NCBI RefSeq assembly: GCF_964355755.1
Contig: NC_092674.1
Span: 7,688,001-7,752,000, forward strand
Origin: Antedon mediterranea
Taxonomy: Eukaryota > Animalia > Echinodermata
DNA: 64,000 nt
Reading direction: 5' to 3'
Made by a program: the position numbers and the translations under genes. The notes under the pieces are model-generated. The model saw nothing but the letters and a program-made list of their open reading frames with translations, had not been told where the DNA came from and made no database searches. This document shows positions 14,108 to 23,400 of this stretch, piece by piece (positions within the stretch are counted from its first letter, which is position 1; every line of letters begins with the position of its first letter).

Positions 14108-15321
14108 CACATGCACTGTACGTAGTTTAATTTTGAATAGTTCTTGGTTATAAATATAATATCATTTCCTTCTTGTGATGTATGTTCGTCAACGTTTTAT
14201 GTTTAAACAAGTTTCTTGTTCTTCCAATTCCAGAAACTGAACACAGATGATTATTATAATAATATCTAAATTGTTTCCTTAAGATAAGATCTATCTTATC
14301 TAAATATAAATTCTTCCTTTTAACATCGGTTTCCATCTTCGATCATCTTGTTACCTCGTCCTCCTTCCACCTCACCTATCCTCAGCCCCTCAGATAATTA
14401 AGGAATCATTGTAAATAAAATTCAAATACAATATTTAAAGTTGAAATAGAGGAACGACTTCCTCCAAACTCGACCATTATGATTGGTACCACATTGTATG
14501 TGGCGTTCACAACTTGGAATCAAAGGTAACATAGGGCAGCATGGTAACAATTAAAAAAAATTAAGAAAAAAAAACACTCCTCATGCACACAAATACCATA
14601 CTACGTTTTAGTCTTTCGCACATTATTTATACATTGTTTTGATCTTCATGTTGTTTAGGATCAAAGGTCAGGAATGGGGTGTTTGTTTTTGTAGTAGAGG
14701 CGTTATAATAAAATAATGTACTGAGATAGACTTATTTGTATCTATATACAGCTTAAATACAGCTTAAATACCAATTAAATGATGATATCTTGTGAAAAGT
14801 TGTGGGTCAATCAAGATTAAAACAAATGTTAGGGAAGGGATCACCTCAAAAGAGTATATTAATAGTCATATTATCATAATAGTAATACCATTTGTTCAAT
14901 GAAGGTCAAGTAAGTGATGTAATTAAGTATATTAATTGAAAAATGTAACAACAATTGGAAATTAGCTCGTTAACAATTACGTGAGACAGAAGATACATGT
15001 TTAACTAGGCTTAAAGGACAACTTGACCGAGGACCATGTTTTAGGGATGTACCTATATGATTTCAGCACCATTGTGAGATTAAGGATATCGCCGCACGGG
15101 CTTGCCGTACAAGCCGTCGCCGTAAATTGCTGTGACGTCACAGGTGCAGCGCAAAATTCTGGCATTTCTAGTAAACACACCGTAACAAATATAAATGTTG
15201 ATTTTGTTATTGTTTATTTTGCTTATCTAGACTCATTAAGTAGATTTTGCGATGCACCTGTGACGGAACAGCAATTTATGTAAATGATTTAAATAAATTG
15301 TTCACAAAAATAAAATTGTAA

Positions 15322-15799
15322 CCATGAGACATAAAACTAGACACAGGAGTAAGAAAAGCATTTTTAATATTTTTGTTTTTGTTTTTTTTATTCGTATTTT
15401 AAAATAATGTATATAATCTGTATATAGGGTATAAATGAATTGTATGTCAAAAATACTACCGAAAATAACTATACAACATTAGTAAATGTATCTCATACAG
15501 TACATTTATTAGTTAAGTGTTCACAATGTTAGATGTTGAGAATTATAGAACAAAAAAAATACTAGAAAATTATGAAAAAAGTGGATAACAGAAAAGAAAT
15601 AATGCTCTGATTCCAAGAACAGTAACGTTGATAAAATAAAAATAAAAAAATATATATATATATATATAAATACACCAAACCAAACAAAAGTAAGAATAAC
15701 AATGAATAGTTATTATTATTATTAGAAATAATTGTATTAATCTGTTGATGAAATGAAATGAATAAATAGTGGTTAACGCCACAAAAGAGAAAAAAAAAA
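15322..15799 (+). mobile_element. 478-bp poly(A)-tailed retroposed insertion private to the first unit
   Basis: 16-bp TSD aaaaataaaattgtaa at 15306..15321 and 15800..15815; absent at the paralogous sites (~38305 and ~54930); AATAAA, then a GTGG..CCAC hairpin, then poly(A). Confidence 0.88.
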
Positions 15800-15829
15800 A
15801 AAAATAAAATTGTAATGCATTATTATATA

Positions 15830-16175
15830 ATTATCCATAAACATAAAACATCGAAAAAGTCCGAACCATGGCTGGTCAATTTAAAGTCTCTTACCGGCTC
15901 AATGTTTTGGAACAACCTGCCTTTAGATTTAAAGAATATTTTTTCTAAAAATTTGTTCGTTAAACATATAACATAACTTTTATTATCAAGATACTGATTT
16001 AAGGTGGCCCATCTCTTATGGTTTTTGTCTGCCCTTTATTTTGTTAATTTCATTGTATTGTTATTTTCCATTGTTATTGTTTGTATACAATGTATTTGTT
16101 AGTTTGGGACAAACGCTCGATTAACGAAAGCATTTTTTTTGCTCCAATTTTCTATTGGTGAATAAATAAGTAAAT
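15830..16175 (+). mobile_element. Decayed 3' end of an L2/Crack-like LINE (also ~38335-38685 and ~54960-55305)
   Basis: Translates to GQFKVSY..GSMFWNNLPLDLKNIFSKNLFVKHI..LL, a typical CR1-group ORF2 C-terminus, followed by a T-rich UTR and an aataaat tail. Confidence 0.6.
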
Positions 16176-16228
16176 GATACATTCCTGCTTAGTGTTTTTA
16201 AATTTTATTTATATATATATATATATAT

Positions 16229-16492
16229 GACTGCACCCTGGCTCCCTTTGTTATATTTCTTTTATTCCTGTCCACCGAGGCAGCACTTGCCAGCTTTATA
16301 CTCTGACGTTATCCAAATTCCTTCACTTGCACTGATGAAGGGCTAGTGTTGCCCGAAAGCTCTGCTAACTTTTCTGGCTGTTTACTTTATCGTTTTGATT
16401 TAGCTTTTCGCTTTTTATTTTTGTATCTCCATTGAGATCCAGCCACTGATACCCACAGCATTGTCATTTTTTCAGTAATTTGCCTTTGGATT
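16229..16492 (+). mobile_element. Penelope-like element terminal (pLTR) fragment in (TA)n (also 38743..39006 and 55364..55627)
   Basis: Flanked by (TA)n on both sides; contains a minimal type I hammerhead motif, which is characteristic of Penelope-like pLTRs. No RT or GIY-YIG coding sequence is present. Confidence 0.6.
16327..16367 (+). ncRNA. Minimal type I hammerhead ribozyme motif, copy 1
   Basis: gca-CTGATGA-a-GGGC(tagtgtt)GCCC-GAAA-gc-TC-tgc: complete catalytic core, 4-bp stem II, palindromic AGCT in place of stem III, stem I gca/tgc. Confidence 0.82.
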
Positions 16493-16564
16493 TATATATA
16501 TAACGTACCACGCCGAGAATGTTAAAGAGTCGCTATCCAATCGAGTTCGAACAATACCATGAAA

Positions 16565-16636
16565 GCCCCAGTGGTCTAATGGTTAGGACATCTGCATATC
16601 AAGCAGGCGGTCCGAGTTCGAGTCTCGGTTGGGGCG
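16565..16636 (+). tRNA. tRNA-like cloverleaf, anticodon ATC (Asp-like), repeat-borne
   Basis: 72 nt: acceptor GCCCCAG/TTGGGGC, D arm GTCT-AATGGTTA-GGAC, anticodon arm TCTGC-ATATCAA-GCAGG, T arm CCGAG-TTCGAGT-CTCGG. The downstream T-run is interrupted (cttgtt). Confidence 0.65.
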
Positions 16637-16929
16637 ACTTGTTCTCATTCTCACAGATTTCCTCATCTTTATCGTTTCAAATTAGTTAATTAAAATTTCA
16701 GTATATCACCGGGCGGTTTAGAATTAATGTTCTTTGCCTGATTTGTTTATATATATAAAAGTATCTCTTCGGAGATCCCGCCTCGTGAATAAAAATACTG
16801 TAAGATGAGGGCGTATCAATTTGATCTCTGGTGCGCGTGCGTACAACTGAGGACTAGTGCTGTTCCGCCGTACCACGCCGAGAATGTTAAAGAGTCGCTA
16901 TCCAATCGAGTTCGAACAATACCATGAAA

Positions 16930-17001
16930 GCCCCAGTGGTCTAATGGTTAGGACATCTGCATATCAAGCAGGCGGTCCGAGTTCGAGTCTCGGTTGGGGC
17001 G
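16930..17001 (+). tRNA. tRNA-like cloverleaf, anticodon ATC, with Pol III terminator
   Basis: Identical to 16565..16636, 365 bp downstream; followed by TTTTT at 17004-17008. Confidence 0.68.
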
Positions 17002-18073
17002 ACTTTTTCTCATTCTCACAGATTTCCTCATCTTTATCGTTTCAAATTAATTAATTAAAATTTCAGTATATCACCGGGCAGTTTAGAATTAATGTTCTTT
17101 GCCTGATTTGTATATATATATATATATATATATATTATTATTATTTTATATTATTCATTCATTTATCTTTTTATTTCAGAATACAATGGTGACATAATAT
17201 ATCCATAGCAAAAAAGAAAAAAAATCTTAACTCATAGAACAAAAATAAAAATGTATATACACCTATATAAAAAAGTCAATGCAACAAGGCATTCCATTGT
17301 ATGTGCATTCTTGACACATTAAGAACGTGGCGATTAATGGCCATGATCAAAGAATTACTACTTGCGTTCACACGATTTTTAAAACTAAAAATAGATTTTC
17401 CAATGAACTATAATGTTCTAAAGTTTCATGTAAACTTTTATGTACCGTTGTTTGGTGTGTTGAGGGCCTCATGTATGTCAGCCTATGCCGTTTTGAGTTA
17501 CCATTGTTGAATAATAATTAATAAAATGATAAATAAAACTAATCTTAACAGCGCATTCAATCAATTATGGGTATTTGTGTATCTGTTGTATCATGTGCTA
17601 TTTTCATAGCACATGATATTTATATTCCATCCTCCAAATTATTATTTTTCTATTCATAATAATATATATATGCATATGCCTAGTCAACTAATCAGTATAG
17701 GACAAGACGTCATACAAGTCAACAATATGATCTACTCTAAGTTTAATCAGGTAAAACAAATGGAATTATACTTACGTAGATCAAGTTAAAATTGTTTTTC
17801 AATCGGCAGTAAAATGTAGGCCTAGCCTCGTTGAAAGAAAGTGTTTTGAAATTTGCGCTACCTGGCTACTACGACACGTCATTTCGACTTAGACATAAGG
17901 CCAGCCTATTATTAAATGTAGATTCATCGTAAACATTCATTATTTCACAGCCACTCAATATTAAACCGATATAATCCTAGTTGAATGAAACAGTTTGTCT
18001 TGAAGTTCATGGTATTTTCTCAACATTCAACTCCTAACATACATTATTCAACAAACATAACTAAACTATTTTT

Positions 18074-18630
18074 GTGGATCTACCTTGTTTTTGTCGTCGG
18101 TTAAAATTTGAAAAGCTGGGCTCTTTGTCCAGTCGTTATCATACAGTCGCAATATTCGACAATGAAGGATGCCATCAGCTTTCAGAAACGTTTGATTCTT
18201 CAGTATGTTACAGTTATAAGCAGCGAATTTATTACGATTTTTTACTATTATTACTCAACTATCAATAATGTTTTGCGTAGATATTTTAAATAAATGGTCT
18301 TTAATGTAACAAATCTAATAACGCTGTATCTTATTATAATTTGATTCATTTCTGGATGGTTAAGGATCATTAATTGTTAATAACCATGTGATTCTTAGTT
18401 GTAAACTTGAACTGGTGAATTTGTACATCAACGGAGATTGAAAACTATTTACTAAACGTAAGTTACCGGTAACGTTCTTGTTTTGGTTGCTTTACGTTGT
18501 TTTTGTCGACGGTTAAAATTTGAAAAGCTCGGCTCTTTGTCCAGTCGTTATCATACAGTCGCAAACAACAATAACAGAGTTGTCGGAAAAACAAACATTA
18601 CTTATAAGCAGCGCATTTATTATTTATTTA
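18074..18630. repeat. Local direct duplication (~18080-18240 and ~18490-18630); further diverged copies at ~57190-57330 and ~62910-63005
   Basis: ttgtcg.cggttaaaatttgaaaagct.ggctctttgtccagtcgttatcatacagtcgcaa occurs twice here and twice at 40.6-41.1 kb, and in diverged form later. Confidence 0.8.
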
Positions 18631-19274
18631 TTTATTTTATATTACTATTCTACTTTCTTACTTTATCTTATTTCAACATTATAGTAGTAATATACTTTAG
18701 CCCTGACGACGGAATAGTTTCTGAGAACCACTGATACCAGGTGAATTCAAATAAAATACTTTTTACAGAATATAATGAATGTATGAGCTTTTATTACCGA
18801 AAGAAGTAGTAAGTATAATATTAATAAGCTAAATCTTAATTAAAATATGATTTCAAAAATAATATAACCAGTTCAAAACGTAGCATGACACACTTGCCTG
18901 CGCCTAGTTAGTTAGAATTGTTAGTGTAATGTACAGAGCAATTGGATAATGATTTACATAAAGATATTTAGGATATAATAAACTTTTTTATTTAACATCT
19001 TAATTTGTATTATTTTTTCAGAAGTAAAAACAGTAAAGGTTGACGATAAATCCTCTAAGACTCTAAAACAAATACGCGCTTGAATGCAGTAGGACTAAAT
19101 ATTAGTTTTATGGTCCAACATTACATAAAGAACTCCTTCTAAAATTGTTTCAAACACAAGTTTTCTTTTGGAACAATTGTTCATACTCTCTTTTATTTTT
19201 CCTTTACCGCATTTTTAAAGTTTAGGTTGAATAAGAAATTTTCTTCTCTTGAAAATATATTCCCCCCCCCCCCC

Positions 19275-19471
19275 AAAAAAATAATCAGTTAAATTCAACT
19301 AAAATCGCATTAGTAGGCAGCCAATTTTGGTAAATATATATTTTTGTCAATCCAATTTTTGATAGAAGTGAATAATTAGTGTGTCATTAAAATGGCATAT
19401 TTTAAAAATGATTTTTTTTTTCAGAGGGAAAATATAACTTCACACAAAACAGTTGTATTGTCCCCCTGAAC

Positions 19472-19543
<72 letters not shown>

Positions 19544-19700
19544 ATATATTTTTATTATGCCAGTTTATGTCACTTTAATCAAAAGTTGAACAAAAAACAA
19601 ATAATTTACATGTAAAAAGTGCATATTAAAGCAAATAAATTGTCAAATTGGCTGCCAGCCAATGAGTTTTTGATTTAATTTTACCGTTTATTTTGTCATT
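19275..19700. repeat. Imperfect ~60-bp inverted repeat flanking a (TA)n microsatellite (MITE-like relic; also ~41805-42230)
   Basis: cgcattagtaggcagccaatttt versus caaattggctgccagccaatgag, with similarity extending outward; (TA)n at ~19475-19545. Confidence 0.55.
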
Positions 19701-19899
19701 ATATAACTGAAAACATTATTTTTGTTCGTGTTTTTTTTCGACGGAATTGATTAACTTTGTTAAAACTACAAAATGGTCTATTTAAAGTTTGATTTTATTC
19801 ATCTTAATTTTTCATGTTTTTAGGAGACAATGCATTTTTAGTTTAAAAAAAACTGAATTAAACAGGGCTGTCCATCTGAAGGTTAATACAATATCATTA

Positions 19900-20285
19900 C
19901 ACGTTGCAATCTTTTCCATGAGTATAGATATGTAAAAGCAACAGAGAGTAACTAAACTACCTCCAGAATTGAAAGACCATAGCTATGATACAAGAAGAAA
20001 TGCAATGCATCTTTCGACACTATAGACGTGAACGTTCTTGTCTTATTCAACTATTCAAAATGGTCCATGGTTATAACAATTTAAATTCAAATGATTACTT
20101 AACATTTAATAAAGAACATAGAACACGAGGCCGTAACTTCAAATAAGCAACATACTAAGACAATGCACAGAAAAAAGTTTTCTCATATTTCATTGTCGAA
20201 AAATGGAACAATTTACTGCCCGTTACAGTAAATTCTAAGTCAATTAATAAGTTAAAAACACAAATAGAAAGAGACTACAACCAGA
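19900..20285 (+). mobile_element. Decayed CR1-type LINE 3' fragment (also ~42430-42815)
   Basis: Frameshifted translation RVTKLPPELKDHSYDTR..LSTL..LIQLFKMVHG..RTRG.NFK..VEKWNNL..VNSKSINKLKTQIE matches the CR1 ORF2 C-terminal pattern. Confidence 0.72.
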
Positions 20286-20426
20286 GAAAGCCCAACAAAC
20301 AATAAGAAGAATTGATGGTCACAAAAGTGAAAGCTTAAGAAGACTCTATCAACAAATGAACAATGAATGATGAACAAACAATTCAATGAACAAACAAATG
20401 AATTAACAGTTGTATTTAGTGGTATT

Positions 20427-23400
20427 TTACTTTACGTTAGCATATTCCTCGTACATTTTCAGATAACACAGGGCAGCATCGTAGCAATAGCTGTACTGAA
20501 CCTAGAAATACAATATTGAACACTATTATTATTAAATAAAGCTCTGTGAACACTGTCATCTGTCAAGAGTTTGAAAAAAAAGTGTGATGTGCCAAAATAT
20601 GGTAGTGATGTGACATCACCATGTCCATATATGGGCACATCGCATTTTGTCACATAAAGTTTGATATTGTAGACGATTACTTCGAAAAGCTTCTGATTCT
20701 GAATTAGTTTTATAAGATGTAGAGTTTTTTGGTTTATTTTATTTACGACATAAAACAATTTGTTTTGTTTTGCAATGAATGTCTTTTTGGCGATTCAGCT
20801 TTAAAGCACCCATTGGGTTAATTGAGTTTGAGAGCACACATTCAAAGAATTTTAAACAAAAGTAATTGTTAAAATGTATAAGAAATTAAACGAAAAAAAT
20901 CGTTGGTATGATAGAAATTCAATAAAGATAAGGGAGACAATAAGACGCAATAAAAAGAAACTACCTCAGAGTTCACCGCAGTAGGACATGCTGACCTCAG
21001 TGTTTTAAGTGTTTGGAATACATCCACCATCTTGTCTTCTCGCATTTTCTGTATTACTGAATAAACTAGGCAGAATAATCCAGATCTACCAAAATCATTC
21101 CTATTGCATAAATACATTGTATTAATAAACCAATACAGCCGTATTAGAATAGAAATACCAGGGAAGAGTGAAATTACCTTCACTCTTCACCAACTTGACG
21201 CCAAGTTGTTACTGTAACAAATTGTTTTGTTGTGAAAAAGAGAAATACATGTTTATCAAAGTGGAAAAGCATTTATCATATAAAATAATTATTTCAGTTA
21301 ATTTTACTTTTTGATTTTACTTACATGCAATGAACAGAGATTGGTGAAGTATCATCTCGTTCCATTATTTTCATAATGATTTTAACAAATGCATCAACTT
21401 CTGGAACAGGTTCGTTTTTTGGCCATTGGTTAACCTCATACTGAACAATGTGTCGTTTTCCATCATCCTTAATGAAAAAAACAAATCAATGAATCAATTC
21501 CATATTTACAGTAAGAAGATACAGGAAATGATGGTTAATAAGCAGACGATTGATTTAAATCACCATCTCATTTATTAAATTAAAATAGGTTACTACGATT
21601 ACTTATAATTATTTCGTTTCAATTATTTCATTGATAAGTAATCTATAATATATGGCATTATTCTTTGACTTTACAAAAAAACAAATATTAACCTTTTCTA
21701 AGACGATTCGTCTCTCATTCATAAATTCATTCTGATAATTTGATTTGACAGTGACTGTATATTCACCAAATGTTTGTTTCTGATTGATCTTTTTTGGGAG
21801 GTACAGTGCACTCGTTATATCTTCCATCTCATTTAGCTGTACTGTGACGTCACATCTATAGTCAAACACTAAACGCCAGAAATCCATAGTATTGTTAGTA
21901 TGCGATGGCGTCTGAGTAACGATAAAAGCACGATGATCACTGTACCGCTTCGGAATAAAACAAACTAAACATTAATTGAAAAAAACACGATTATACAAAA
22001 CAAAAGAGAAAATGTGGGGGATACTTGCGCATGTGTCTTTTTATATCGTTGTATAATACTGTAAATTATTTTATTCGAAAGAAATCGCTCTGTCTATCTT
22101 ACTACGAGTAAACCTACAATGCCTACTGTACGTCATTTTTGTGTTTCTTAAATGTATCAAGATGATTTGAAATGTTAAAATAACAAAGTATATTGTGCCA
22201 TTTTCTAATATCAAACTTAAACGAGTTTCCACATGTTCATATTAGAACTCCAATATCAAACTGGCTCAATTTAATTGTTAATAGATTTAAAAGAGTTTTT
22301 CACATTTTCATATTAGAACTTAATATTACATATTGTGAGACTGGTTGTAACGACATCCTCTCCTCAATACATGCTTTCCCACAACCTGGTACCTACCTCA
22401 GCATGTGAAGCGTTAATGTATTCTTCACCAGCGTCAACATTTATTTGGAAACACCGTTTATTTACTGTATTAAATTAAATAAAAACAAATCATTATTGAG
22501 TAATTAATATTGTAGTATTATATTTGATTTTGGTCATCGGCTCAGCAAATTTCAAGTCAAGTCTTCTTTTAATTAACAAAAATGGTGTAGGCCTAATTTC
22601 ACTGCATTTCACAATAATGCTTAAAAACGTTCCTCTTTAAAAAAAAAATATTGTTTTATATTTGTATAGACAAAGAAAATTAAAAAATGTTTCATTATCA
22701 ATTGTTATCATTTAACATAATCAAATCGTAACATACTAATACTAAGGTATAAAACTTACAGATCAAAACATCTGGTCGTCTGGCACGTGACGTGTCATCA
22801 TCCAAATGACGTAGAAGCAAACTGTTTACGGTCTAAAAAGAAAAAAAAGAGAGGCTATTATCTTACGAATTGATTGTTTGTTAGTTTTATTTTACCGTTT
22901 TATAATAATTTGAAATCGTGGTTGGAGAAATGGAAACAATAATAATACTCGTATTTAAGACATGTAATTTACAAGACAAGAAATTTAAAAAACGTATTAT
23001 TTATTATTATTAGTGTTGGTATTTATAAATATTTTTATTTCCATATAATATTATTCTCTACCAAGCCTCTTCCTAAAATGCTACGTTTTCCTAAAACAGG
23101 TGGAGGAGGAAGGAAGGTTGATCTATTGTATGTAGGCCTATATGATTATTATTAATCTACTACATCTATATTTTTCTATAATATTTATAATTACAGTTTT
23201 ATTTGTTTTTACTACTGTTAAACTTGTTATTTTAAAAAGGTTTAAAATAAATTTTAATTAAATTAATAAATCAGTAGTAAATATAACATACCTCGAATTC
23301 TTTCTTGAAACCGTTCCTGACGCTTGATTGGCGTTTCGTTACATAATCAAGAAGTTGGGACAACTCAATAGGTTTGTATGCTTTGTCATCTAGTTCTGTG

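Noticed and set aside
15011-15283. 86-aa ORF and possible TTAA-AGG Kolobok/MITE end
   Set aside because: Non-ATG start, no protein motif, and no matching second terminus found.
16848-16930. CTGAGGA as a second hammerhead core
   Set aside because: No stem II closed by GAAA at a suitable distance.
16857-17054. 65-aa ORF repeated in each unit
   Set aside because: Overlaps the tRNA-like repeat; it recurs only because of the segmental duplication.
18703-18730. CTGACGA..GAGA hammerhead-like string
   Set aside because: GAAA core and stems I/III are missing.
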